Below, piece by piece: positions 25,408 through 34,805 of a DNA stretch of 38,645 nucleotides (position 1 is the stretch's first letter; each line of letters opens with the position of its first letter). The DNA is from a virus (Duplodnaviria; Caudoviricetes): positions 1-38,645 of the IMG/VR virus record IMGVR_UViG_3300020379_000227, one strand, 5' to 3'. The notes beneath the pieces are model-generated. The model saw only the letters and a program-made list of their open reading frames with translations, was not told where the DNA came from and did no database searches. The translations under genes were made by a program, and so were the position numbers.

Positions 25408-27699
25408 TTATCCTTGTGGTGGTTGCATAAAATCATAAATACTTTGTCCTTCTACATCGAAAACTAGACTAAATGGATTGGTAAGTATCTGAATTGTACT
25501 ATCCATAAAATTAAAGAAATTATTGGTAGCACCTATATTCAATTTTCTAAAAAGATTTTGTTCCCATATCTCGTATGATTTAGGATGTTTCTCTTGCATT
25601 TCATTTGGTTTCAATACTTCCGCTTGTAAAATCCTAAAATCTTTTTCTATTTCTTCTGCTAACACTTCCTCTTTGTCTAATGAAGAATCGTTACTATATC
25701 GTTCTTCTGCTCTTTTTTTAGCATTACGATAAAAATTAGGATATTCCTTTGCTAGTTCATCATTCTCATGTACTTTTCTCCAAGCATCCGCATTTTTAGC
25801 ATATAAGTAAGAAAAGTATAAAAACTCAGGAATTTGTGTATTAGGATTTAATTGTAAAAATTGTGAAGGAAGGGTATCTAAATTTTCAACATCTATAACT
25901 GTCTGAGACAAATCTGATTCAAAGTATTTCTGTTTTATAAAATCAAAATCATCTCCAAACTCTTTAATTAAACCTCTGTAGAATGTATCTTTTTGTTCTG
26001 CACTAGCTCTTGGGTTTAACCTTTCATACTCTCTTGCTTTTACTGACCATTGTGCATATAAGTCTGCTCTTGCTTTTCTTAGATCGTATGAAAACTTGTA
26101 TTGCTGTTCATACATAGCAGGGTTACCAATTAATTTTTCCCCTATATGATCATCAAATACTTTTGTGTAGAATTTTATTGCTTCTTTATCCCCCGATACT
26201 GATAAAGCTTTTTGTAGTAATTTAGAATTTTCTTCTTTATTAATACCTTTATATTTATTAATAAAATAATTTGCTCCGTTAGGTCCAAATATCTCACTAA
26301 ATTTAACATCACCTTTATCTATGTCTAGAAGAGCTTGATTAAATTTGTCTACATTTCCTACTCCACCAGAAGCATTAAAACTTTTAAATCTTTGACTGAC
26401 TTCATAATATGGAAATAGCAGGTAGTTGTTAAATTCCATGTCAGCAATGGTTTCTATTGCTTTTTGAAACTCTGCTTTAGTTCTAATTCCTACTCTTTCT
26501 TCTACACCTTTATCGTTCTTTTTTGTCCTGTCAGGATTTGCAATGTTTAAAGATATTTCTGCTAATGCAGTATTTTTTTGTCTTGTTGCTCTTTCTTTTT
26601 CTTCTTTATCTAAAACATTTTCTGAATTAAACAGCATTTTGTCTAAATCATTAATTGCTTTAAGAGCAAACCTTTTGTAACCAGTTCCTTTTTCAATATC
26701 CCCATCTTGTATAAGTTTACCACCACTTCTTAAAACACGTTTATCAGTAACATTACCTGACAATGCACCTATTACTTGCTCTATTCGTAATTTTTCTTTT
26801 TCTGTAATAATTCTGCCACCTTCAGAATTAACATTGTCATACATATAGGCATCCTCGATGATGTATTTTAATGCCTCTGCTACTGCTACATCTCTAGGCA
26901 ACCCTAATTTATTTACCCCATAGTCCGACATATCTCCGATATGCTCATAAAATTTTACATTAAATTTATTAGGATCTGCATTAAACACTTCCCCTTGAAT
27001 TCTATCAGAATCTAAAGTAACTGCTTGCACTACATCTCTGTAGGTAGCAATTTTATCCTGCATATCCCTTTTTCTAAATTCAGCAAAAAATTTATCTTCT
27101 ACAGATTCTACATATTTGTTTAATTCAACAACGTCTATGTCAGGGTTTTGTTCAATAATCTTACTTACCCTATTATCAATAGTTTGTTTAAATACTTGTT
27201 CAGCATTATATTTATTTGTATCTTTGTCTTTTTCTAATGTAGAAGTAGTAACACCAGTTTTGTTATTTCCCCAAGCCCCTTTTCCTATATAACTATTTGC
27301 AGTTTTAGTATCTTCAAATACTTGTGGAATAAGGTTTGGGTCATCATTTAATAATTTACCCTCTTTTTGTGCAGTTAATAGATTCTTTGTATTATTCCGT
27401 TCAACATCATAAACTTTCCAATTTTTATACTCAGGATCACCATCGTAATTAGGATTGTTTTTATTTTTAACTGCATCTGCTTGTGCTTTTAGTGCTACTT
27501 CTTTTGCCTTACTTTCTCTATAACTTTGGTAAGCACCAAAACCGCTATCAATAAGACCTTGTGTCGCTTTTAATCTGTCATTTGCCCAATCAATAAAATT
27601 ATCTAACTGTCTTGTATCTTGTCTTCTATAAATATCTATGGGTCTTGCTTGAGGACGTAAGTTACTAAACCCTGCTCGTTGTGTTACTCGTTCTACCAT
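25408..27699 (-). CDS. Internal virion protein C (T7 gp15-like)
   Basis: 763 aa, position between gp14- and gp16-like genes; synteny only. Confidence 0.65.
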   Translation of the reverse strand: MVERVTQRAGFSNLRPQARPIDIYRRQDTRQLDNFIDWANDRLKATQGLIDSGFGAYQSYRESKAKEVALKAQADAVKNKNNPNYDGDPEYKNWKVYDVERNNTKNLLTAQKEGKLLNDDPNLIPQVFEDTKTANSYIGKGAWGNNKTGVTTSTLEKDKDTNKYNAEQVFKQTIDNRVSKIIEQNPDIDVVELNKYVESVEDKFFAEFRKRDMQDKIATYRDVVQAVTLDSDRIQGEVFNADPNKFNVKFYEHIGDMSDYGVNKLGLPRDVAVAEALKYIIEDAYMYDNVNSEGGRIITEKEKLRIEQVIGALSGNVTDKRVLRSGGKLIQDGDIEKGTGYKRFALKAINDLDKMLFNSENVLDKEEKERATRQKNTALAEISLNIANPDRTKKNDKGVEERVGIRTKAEFQKAIETIADMEFNNYLLFPYYEVSQRFKSFNASGGVGNVDKFNQALLDIDKGDVKFSEIFGPNGANYFINKYKGINKEENSKLLQKALSVSGDKEAIKFYTKVFDDHIGEKLIGNPAMYEQQYKFSYDLRKARADLYAQWSVKAREYERLNPRASAEQKDTFYRGLIKEFGDDFDFIKQKYFESDLSQTVIDVENLDTLPSQFLQLNPNTQIPEFLYFSYLYAKNADAWRKVHENDELAKEYPNFYRNAKKRAEERYSNDSSLDKEEVLAEEIEKDFRILQAEVLKPNEMQEKHPKSYEIWEQNLFRKLNIGATNNFFNFMDSTIQILTNPFSLVFDVEGQSIYDFMQPPQG

Positions 27700-27705
27700 A
27701 ATTAA

Positions 27706-28353
27706 TTAAGTAAAAAGAAAGTCATCTTTATAACCCGTGTCTCTACCATATTGGTATGCTTGAAATCCTGAACTAGTTACACCTAACAATGCACTTACTG
27801 GATCTGGTTTACTTGGTCCTCTAAAGCTAAATATCCTATCTTGCATCTTTGCTTTTGCTTGTAATTTACTTATCTGTAATTGATCACTTAACATAGCTAA
27901 ATTTCTGGTATTAATACCTCGTTGCTCTGCAATCATTTGTTTAGAACGATCTCTATTTAAATCTATGTCACCAGTTCGTTCTAATATTTGTTGATCATAA
28001 TCAGCAATAATAGCATTTACAGTATTACCAGAAAGCATATTAGCAGTTAATTTACCTACTACTTTACCTTTAGCTTTTTCCCCTTCTTTTTCTACTCTTC
28101 GTTTAGCAACAGTAGCATCTACACCTTCTTGTATGTTTTTCTTTTCTAATTGTCTTTGGTTTAACTCAAATGCTTCTTCTTCTTGGTCTTGTCTTTTGTC
28201 AATTTGAGCTACATCTAGATCGTATGCTTGTTCTGCTAATATTTTGTTTTGGTCTTCTAACTCTAAACCCTCTTGGTATGCTTTTTCTTGTGCCGTATAG
28301 TTGGCTACACCTTGGGCTATTAACAAAGCACCATAAGCATAGGGATTACACAT
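27706..28353 (-). CDS. Internal virion protein B (T7 gp14-like)
   Basis: MCNP start, hydrophobic N-terminus, Q/A/E-rich helix, SGN.V, P.KP. Confidence 0.8.
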   Translation of the reverse strand: MCNPYAYGALLIAQGVANYTAQEKAYQEGLELEDQNKILAEQAYDLDVAQIDKRQDQEEEAFELNQRQLEKKNIQEGVDATVAKRRVEKEGEKAKGKVVGKLTANMLSGNTVNAIIADYDQQILERTGDIDLNRDRSKQMIAEQRGINTRNLAMLSDQLQISKLQAKAKMQDRIFSFRGPSKPDPVSALLGVTSSGFQAYQYGRDTGYKDDFLFT

Positions 28354-29020
28354 TCTTTATCCTCATAAATTCTACAAAGGGAGTTCCAGCATACCCAAAA
28401 TTAGGTATAACTCTGATAAATGAAAAACCTAAAAATTTTAACCATCGGATTGCGTTATGATTATCCACATCAACGTAATTATATAAAAGATCCCAATTAG
28501 TAGATAAAAGATCATCTACCCATTTCTTTCCTGTTCTTAAAAATTTAATTTCTATTCCTTCAAATTGACCATCACTTAATAACCAAGGGATTCCTATGCG
28601 GTCATTTATTGTACTTTTGTTCACACCAAACATACTTTTAATTACCCCATTATGAACAATTGTATACACTTCATTAGAAGCATAAAAACCAGCACATAAC
28701 GAATCCACAGGTTTAGATCCACTTGCTCTCCATATTTCTTCTTTATCTTGAGGACATACTCTTGTTGCTAAATCAAATACATCTTCAATAACTGATTTAC
28801 GGAAATAACTAGTTTTCCCTTCTTGATCTGATGTGGTAGAACCCTTCCCATTCAGCAGATTGGAATTCGCATGGGAGGTGAGATTCTGATAATAGTTCAA
28901 GTTTGATGTTTTTGGAGTTTCCAAGCAAAGGTACTTTAAATGATCCTGAGCCGATAATTGAGGTTTGGTTGGTTTTATTACTTGCTTGGGAGACTTTTCT
29001 TCCAGTAAAGAGTTTGTCAT
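28346..29020 (-). CDS. T7 gp13-like protein (GNAT-like fold); start uncertain
   Basis: D.EEI, MFGV, G.PWLL, LYNYV...N..AIRWLKFLGF, PF.EF; recognisable domain starts near 28810. Confidence 0.8.
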   Translation of the reverse strand: MTNSLLEEKSPKQVIKPTKPQLSAQDHLKYLCLETPKTSNLNYYQNLTSHANSNLLNGKGSTTSDQEGKTSYFRKSVIEDVFDLATRVCPQDKEEIWRASGSKPVDSLCAGFYASNEVYTIVHNGVIKSMFGVNKSTINDRIGIPWLLSDGQFEGIEIKFLRTGKKWVDDLLSTNWDLLYNYVDVDNHNAIRWLKFLGFSFIRVIPNFGYAGTPFVEFMRIKNV

Positions 29021-31280
29021 CTGTATCTTCTGTTATTCTGTTAGTATGAGTCACTCTTGCAGTAAAGTTACCAGTATTAGCAAAATTTAATGTTATATTT
29101 CTAAGTTGTAGTCTAGATATAGTTTGCGGTTTTTGACCCTGCCCTACAATTACTTCGCTAAACTGAAACTTAAACGTAAAAGACTGACCTACATAGATTG
29201 GATTACTGGCAGATAGAGTAAGTGCTTGTGCTTGTGCTAATGATAATGTGTTACCAGCTTTGTCTATATATTTAAGACTAGAACCATCACCATAATAAAC
29301 AGTATCAAAGTTAGTTAAATTACTGTTGCTTGTTACTTTAACTCTTCTATCCAGTAATATTTCATGTCCAGTTGTTGTTGCTCCGACTGCTTCATCTTGT
29401 GATAATTGCACTTTTTCCAAGTAAACTTTATTACTCCTTTGTACAACCATAAATATATCATCTTGTACAAAAGTAATCGCAAGGATGTCAGCATCAAATT
29501 TCCATTGGGACCATGAGGATTGAACTTTATTTTGTCCGTTCCAATAGTAGCTATAGATCCACAAGGTTTTACTAGATGCACTATCATCAGTAATAAGACA
29601 CAACATATTGTAGTTACTGCTGGCTATCATTTGTTTGACACCACCAGCAATGTATCTAGGTACATGACCAGTTACATCAGTTGCATCTTTTACTTCTGTA
29701 TCTGTTTGTAAATAAAATTCTCTTATGGTACTAAATGCACCCCCTGGACTTGCAAAGAACACATATCTTCCTGCACCTACTGGAGTAGTATCTAAATCTG
29801 CTTCAAACTCTGTTGTTACATTAAGGCTAATATCAAGGGGACTAAGGAATTCTGCTGAACTAAGAATAAACTGAGTTTGATCAGAGAAGATAAGGAGGGA
29901 TTCTGAGAAAGGAAGTGCGTGTTTTAAGAGAGAAACACGATTAGTAGAAACTGTTACATCAATAGGATCAGTATCAAGTAAGTTTAATACTGTAGGTCTG
30001 AACCAGTTAAGGAATTTTCCTGCTTCAGTAAATACGACACTTTCCTCAGAAAGGACACCCAACCTATTCTGATGGAAAAATATATCACTAAGAGTAGAAC
30101 CGACAAAAGAAGGAAAGGGGTTACTGTCATCATCACCAGCAACACGACTAGTCCAACTAGCTTGTTTAATACTAAATGTCCCATTTGTCTCCTTTATAAT
30201 CTGTAGGGGCATTGTACTAGGATCTAGACTATTCTGAAGACCAGTAGCTACTGTTTCTTCATAGATCCCTTTAGTTTCATCTGTAAGTTTTACATAAAAA
30301 TCATCAGCAAATTTACTATTATCCCCTGTGATCTTTATGATCATATTTTTAGCATCCGTAGGACCAGCACCAGGAAGTTCTGCAAACCTAAGTGTACTAT
30401 CTTTAAATGCTTGTATAAATCCGTTGGACCTTGAGTCTGTTACTCTTATTTCAAAGTCAGAAGTGTTAGAAGATTTTATATGTATTACAGAACCAGTAAC
30501 AGTTGCAGATAAGTTACTAAATATTCCAGACCCTAATACATTGTCTAAATCTTCTTTTATTTTACCTACACCATCTGAACCATCATCTACAACATTTCCA
30601 AATGCAGTCCCATCAGTTAATGCTTTTGCTATTTTGTCTGTAGCAATATTAGCTTCTTTAGCACCCCCTGTTGAATCAGATGTAGTTACTTTTGCTACTT
30701 CAGTAAATCCAGATTGCCCTGCTGGTTTTATTTCTATTGTGTAGACATTAGCATAATCCCCACCCCTCACATAAACCAATGCTTCAGGGTTCCTAGCAGA
30801 AGTAACAGTTGAGCTTTTTGCTATTATTTTATTCTTATTAACCAGATAGGTGAAATCCGCTACAGTCGTAGCAGTAAAAGCAGTATTGGGGTTACCATCG
30901 GTGAGATAGGTTTTAATCTCGTTGAAGGTAGTACCAGAGGTAATAATGGTATCCCCAGCATCCCTAATATTTACAGTCTTAGAAGTTCCATCACTAGCAT
31001 CAAATATTTTTACAAGGTCACCAGCAGTAGATCCTGTTCCACTAAATACTGCTATAAATGTTTCTGTACCTGACCTTCTAATAGGATGGATAAAAGTAGA
31101 AGAATAAGAACTATCTGATAGCTTTGCTACGTGTTGAGTTCCTGGCCTTTTCTTTAATCCTTTAACAGGATCACTATATCCGTTCTCTTGAAGATCCCCC
31201 TGCGATTTATCTTTAACTGTAGGTGCTTGTTGACTAACTCCATTCAGTAGAGAAGGAATTAGATCAGAGATTAGTGGCAT
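28809..31280 (-). CDS. Tail tubular protein B / nozzle (T7 gp12-like)
   Basis: IPSLLNGVSQQ, GLKKRPG, GDDDSNPFPSF, FFHQNRLG, QSSWS.W, SAEWEG. Confidence 0.95.
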   Translation of the reverse strand: MPLISDLIPSLLNGVSQQAPTVKDKSQGDLQENGYSDPVKGLKKRPGTQHVAKLSDSSYSSTFIHPIRRSGTETFIAVFSGTGSTAGDLVKIFDASDGTSKTVNIRDAGDTIITSGTTFNEIKTYLTDGNPNTAFTATTVADFTYLVNKNKIIAKSSTVTSARNPEALVYVRGGDYANVYTIEIKPAGQSGFTEVAKVTTSDSTGGAKEANIATDKIAKALTDGTAFGNVVDDGSDGVGKIKEDLDNVLGSGIFSNLSATVTGSVIHIKSSNTSDFEIRVTDSRSNGFIQAFKDSTLRFAELPGAGPTDAKNMIIKITGDNSKFADDFYVKLTDETKGIYEETVATGLQNSLDPSTMPLQIIKETNGTFSIKQASWTSRVAGDDDSNPFPSFVGSTLSDIFFHQNRLGVLSEESVVFTEAGKFLNWFRPTVLNLLDTDPIDVTVSTNRVSLLKHALPFSESLLIFSDQTQFILSSAEFLSPLDISLNVTTEFEADLDTTPVGAGRYVFFASPGGAFSTIREFYLQTDTEVKDATDVTGHVPRYIAGGVKQMIASSNYNMLCLITDDSASSKTLWIYSYYWNGQNKVQSSWSQWKFDADILAITFVQDDIFMVVQRSNKVYLEKVQLSQDEAVGATTTGHEILLDRRVKVTSNSNLTNFDTVYYGDGSSLKYIDKAGNTLSLAQAQALTLSASNPIYVGQSFTFKFQFSEVIVGQGQKPQTISRLQLRNITLNFANTGNFTARVTHTNRITEDTDDKLFTGRKVSQASNKTNQTSIIGSGSFKVPLLGNSKNIKLELLSESHLPCEFQSAEWEGFYHIRSRREN

Positions 31281-31915
31281 TAAAGAAACCCTAGTCTTAA
31301 CCTTTGAGTTCCATAATGGTCCCGATTCACTACCCGATACACAGAGTATTCATCGAAAACATTGTGTCCTGCTATTTGACTTTCTGCTTCTTTTAATTCT
31401 GCAAGTGATCTAGCTTCATCTTCTTTTTCATATCCATACAGTTGTGCGTTACCTATTACTTGTTGAGAAAAACGTCTACTAGATTTAATTCCTATATACC
31501 TCTTGGCACTCTCAGGTAAATTTTCAAATTCTTCCTGAGTTACAATATCTATATAGATACTTGTGTGATTGTCACCTACATCGTAGGTATGATTATAGGG
31601 ATCGTAGAGTTTATTAACTGTACCCACTTTCCTCTGGATCATTCTTAGGTGACTACTGGTTCCTACACAATCAATTTTAAGTGTGTTTAGGGGTAATACT
31701 ACTTGCTTGCTTTCCCCATCTGGAACAAATTTCTTATTATAGTCTGTATTAAACCACCAACCCTCAGATTGTGTTTCTCTATCTATCCTACCAATAATTG
31801 TTTCTGCTAATTCAGCATCAGTAAGACCAGAAGATAAAGCACTTACTGGTGACTCACCTATGCTTGCCAGCATAAGATTAACTAAGTCTAGTTTGGTTGT
31901 TGCGTTGTAGGACAT
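31280..31915 (-). CDS. Tail tubular protein A / gatekeeper (T7 gp11-like)
   Basis: VN.ML.SIGESPV, QSEGWWFN, FE.LPE....YI. Confidence 0.95.
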   Translation of the reverse strand: MSYNATTKLDLVNLMLASIGESPVSALSSGLTDAELAETIIGRIDRETQSEGWWFNTDYNKKFVPDGESKQVVLPLNTLKIDCVGTSSHLRMIQRKVGTVNKLYDPYNHTYDVGDNHTSIYIDIVTQEEFENLPESAKRYIGIKSSRRFSQQVIGNAQLYGYEKEDEARSLAELKEAESQIAGHNVFDEYSVYRVVNRDHYGTQRLRLGFL

Positions 31916-32073
31916 TAGTTAGCCTTTGGTCTTCCTTTTTTCTTAACTTGGGGTTGCTCTTGTGACTCTTTTTTTAGTCTTAGTTCTTCCATTTCTCTCC
32001 ATACTGATTTTGATTCACCAGCAGGGCATGGTTGATATTGTTGCTCTCTTACTATTTTATCTAAATCAGACAT
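31915..32073 (-). CDS. Small protein (52 aa, not in ORF track)
   Basis: MSDLDKIVREQQYQPCPAGESKSVWREMEELRLKKESQEQPQVKKKGRPKAN; TAATG overlap with the gp11-like start. Confidence 0.65.
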   Translation of the reverse strand: MSDLDKIVREQQYQPCPAGESKSVWREMEELRLKKESQEQPQVKKKGRPKAN

Positions 32074-32095
32074 ATTTACTTTTATTTAAGGGAGA

Positions 32096-32159
32096 CAGGG
32101 GGGCAAGGGCAAACCCCCCTGAGAGGTAGAGTAGCCAGAGGGAGATTATAGCTACTCTA
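32096..32159 (-). terminator. Two hairpins after the capsid gene (position of T7 Tphi)
   Basis: TAGAGTAGC/GCTACTCTA (32127-32159) and CAGGGGGG/CCCCCCTG-like stem (32096-32121); no U-tract. Confidence 0.6.
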
Positions 32160-32167
32160 AGGGAACA

Positions 32168-33151
32168 TCAACTACCAGTTGCACGTGCAAGGTAGCAACA
32201 TTCAGGACGTAGTACACCATGTCCGACAGCCATCTTTGCTACCAGTAATGTACCTTGTCTACGAATGTCATATTCGCTCTCTGTTTGCAGATTCATAAGT
32301 TGTACAGTACCTACAGCACTTTTATGAAAAGCAAGAAAACGAGTATTACCAAGTGCGGCCGCATTGTTAGCAGTACCATTACCAAAATAGGTGTTATTTT
32401 CACCAGCAGTAGCACTACTAGTATTTGCAGAAGGCATATGGTTTGATACCAAAATAGTGAAACCAGCAAGCCTAGGCATATTAGCATTAGCTACATCACC
32501 TTGACCTCCATAGTCACGATTTACTGCTTTTGTTGAATCAAGAACATCATAAAAATCTTCAGGATCTAATACGATATACCTGTCATCTTTAGGAATGTCT
32601 AATTCATCAAACTTTTGGGCAGAATCAAATATTCTAGCAACTTTTTTATCACTAGTATTGTAGTCTGCATCATTAACTGCAATAGAACTTCCACCACCAG
32701 ATCCACTATTAGTAATAGTAGTAGTAGTATTAGCACCAATATGTACTAATTTAAGAAGATTCTCGTCCATTCGCTTAGACAATGCTCGTCCCATTTCTGT
32801 ACTGTAGACACTACGTACATCATAGTGGGATCGTGCTTCATCTAACTTATCAATGAACACATGGGAAACCAAAAGATCATCAATAGTAATAACCTTTTCG
32901 TTTTGTTGAGGAAGAGTAGCACCAGCAAGTTCAGATCCAGGTGAATGATATGAAGCAGTTGTCTTACCAAACACAGGGAATTGTGCGGACTTACCAGAAC
33001 TAATTGTTCGTTTCATAGTACGTGAAAGCATTACATTTGCTTCTTCAAAGGCAGTAATAGTTTCACCACTAAATACTTTTAAAAATAATGCATCATCAGC
33101 GTTAGCATTATTTACCATACCTATTCGGTTTGGTGTTGAAGCGGAAGCCAT
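32168..33151 (-). CDS. Major capsid protein (T7 gp10-like)
   Basis: ALFLKVFSGE, RTISSGKSAQFP..G, ITIDDLL, YDVRS.YS.EMG.AL, GHGVLRPEC. Confidence 0.98.
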   Translation of the reverse strand: MASASTPNRIGMVNNANADDALFLKVFSGETITAFEEANVMLSRTMKRTISSGKSAQFPVFGKTTASYHSPGSELAGATLPQQNEKVITIDDLLVSHVFIDKLDEARSHYDVRSVYSTEMGRALSKRMDENLLKLVHIGANTTTTITNSGSGGGSSIAVNDADYNTSDKKVARIFDSAQKFDELDIPKDDRYIVLDPEDFYDVLDSTKAVNRDYGGQGDVANANMPRLAGFTILVSNHMPSANTSSATAGENNTYFGNGTANNAAALGNTRFLAFHKSAVGTVQLMNLQTESEYDIRRQGTLLVAKMAVGHGVLRPECCYLARATGS

Positions 33152-33168
33152 AGTTATTTTCCTATATG

Positions 33169-33245
33169 ATTAATGTTAAGGTACGACATTAATTACACCT
33201 TAGTCACTAATCACAACAAGTTGTCTTTCCTCAGAAAGGCTTGTT
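33169..33245 (-). promoter_or_regulatory. Structured leader upstream of the capsid gene
   Basis: AACAAG-CCTTTC TGAG GAAAG-CTTGTT stem-loop, plus overlapping alternative stems TAAGGT/ACCTTA and ATTAATGT/ACATTAAT. Confidence 0.5.
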
Positions 33246-33247
33246 AA

Positions 33248-34012
33248 TTACATGACATTGGAGTTCGCAAGTTTGTCGTGAACTTGCTTTCTAAAAGAAG
33301 GATCATCTTGGTAACGTGGATCTTTCATGTCCTGTGTTACTTGTGCCATAGAAGTATAGGCACTCGATGAATTTGTTCTTTGACCTTGGATTAAATTTGG
33401 GGCCGATCCAGTACCCATCTGGTATCGTGCATGAAGAGAATTAACTGCAAATTTAGCAGTCTCTACATTATTAAGGTCAACATTAGCATTGAATACATTT
33501 ATCTCATCTTGAGATAGATTATCTTTTGCCCAAGCAGTCATTTTATCATAAGTATCCTGACCACCAACTAAGTTGTAAACAGACTGTTGTATTAGTTCTG
33601 ATCTAGCTTCTTGTCCATCTATAAAATCATCTACAAAACTTTTTGGGATACCCGCCTCTTCCAACGCTTGATACGATTCATTAGAAAGTTCCCCTTCTCT
33701 CGCATACTCAGCAGAAAGAGTTCCAAAGTCCAGTCCCTTAGCCTCCACATATCTTTCAGCTTCCTCCAAAAATTCCTCATTTTCATCAGAGGAAACATCA
33801 TCAGATTCTTGAGATCCTTGGGATAACTTTTGTTCCAGATTTTGGTAAGCATTGGCTAGATCCTCTGGTGAATTAAATTTCTCTGGTAACCACTCTGGTC
33901 TGTCAAATTGTTCTTCTACTACTTCTCCATCAGCAAGAGAAGCCATTGCTTCATCATGACCTTCAGGTGGTTGTGTGTTTTCTTCTGGTGGTACTGATAC
34001 TTGATCTACCAT
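33248..34012 (-). CDS. Capsid scaffolding protein (T7 gp9-like)
   Basis: RPEWLPEKF, AY.NLE.KL, VGG...Y..M..WA..NL, M.DPRY..DP.FR..V..KL. Confidence 0.95.
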   Translation of the reverse strand: MVDQVSVPPEENTQPPEGHDEAMASLADGEVVEEQFDRPEWLPEKFNSPEDLANAYQNLEQKLSQGSQESDDVSSDENEEFLEEAERYVEAKGLDFGTLSAEYAREGELSNESYQALEEAGIPKSFVDDFIDGQEARSELIQQSVYNLVGGQDTYDKMTAWAKDNLSQDEINVFNANVDLNNVETAKFAVNSLHARYQMGTGSAPNLIQGQRTNSSSAYTSMAQVTQDMKDPRYQDDPSFRKQVHDKLANSNVM

Positions 34013-34021
34013 ATATCCCTT

Positions 34022-34804
34022 TTATTTAGTTGTGTATTTTCGGCCTTGCCATGTAAATGTTTTACTACCTTTTGCTTTCTCCTCGTTATATTTTTTCCTA
34101 AATGATTTAGCCATAGAAGAACCTTTACGATAAACAGGATAATTACCTTTAAAATCTACTGGTGAATTATCTTTATCTTTCTGCATTCTGTCTTTTATAG
34201 CTTCTTTGGAATCTAATCTTTTATTAGTGTCCTTGGTAGGTACTTTAGGTTTAGCTAACCCCCTCATCTTTTTTTCAGGACTATCTTTTTTCTCTGACTT
34301 CTTAGAAGTAGAAGCACCAATACCCAAAGCACCTAGTAAACCTAACAACATCCCAGCTTTACCTTTAGCTTTTAAACCTTTTGTTCTAATAGGTGCATTT
34401 GGTGTATTAGCATTTGGACTCCTAGTAGTTTTCTTTTTAATTCTTTCTACTACTTTTTCTCTTCGATCACCTTTTAATGCTGGTTTAGGATCTTTGACCC
34501 CTTTCATAGGTACATATTCTACTGTGTAATGACCTGTGTTAGGTTTCCCTGCTCTTTTATCTGCAATTAACTTTTCTGCTACTGGCTTTTTAATACTGTC
34601 AACTACACCATCCTGAAACTGTTTATAGTAACCACCTTTTTTACCACCCCTCACATATCTTTTAATTACAAAGGTACGCTTATTAGCCATGTAATCAGGT
34701 GCTTTATTTCTTTTCTTTAATTCTGTATCCAGATCCTTGGTAGGTATAAATTCTTTTTTTGGTCTACCTACTTGGTTCCCATAAGTGCCTTCACCTTGGG
34801 GCAT
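34022..34804 (-). CDS. Very basic hypothetical protein between portal and scaffold
   Basis: Starts MPQG.GTYG..VGRPKK, ends G.KTFTWQGRKYTT; central Gly/Leu hydrophobic stretch. Confidence 0.75.
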   Translation of the reverse strand: MPQGEGTYGNQVGRPKKEFIPTKDLDTELKKRNKAPDYMANKRTFVIKRYVRGGKKGGYYKQFQDGVVDSIKKPVAEKLIADKRAGKPNTGHYTVEYVPMKGVKDPKPALKGDRREKVVERIKKKTTRSPNANTPNAPIRTKGLKAKGKAGMLLGLLGALGIGASTSKKSEKKDSPEKKMRGLAKPKVPTKDTNKRLDSKEAIKDRMQKDKDNSPVDFKGNYPVYRKGSSMAKSFRKKYNEEKAKGSKTFTWQGRKYTTK

Positions 34805-34805
34805 A

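Noticed and set aside
32168-32230. T7-style capsid -1 frameshift extension
   Set aside because: No slippery heptamer near the capsid stop; hairpins follow directly.
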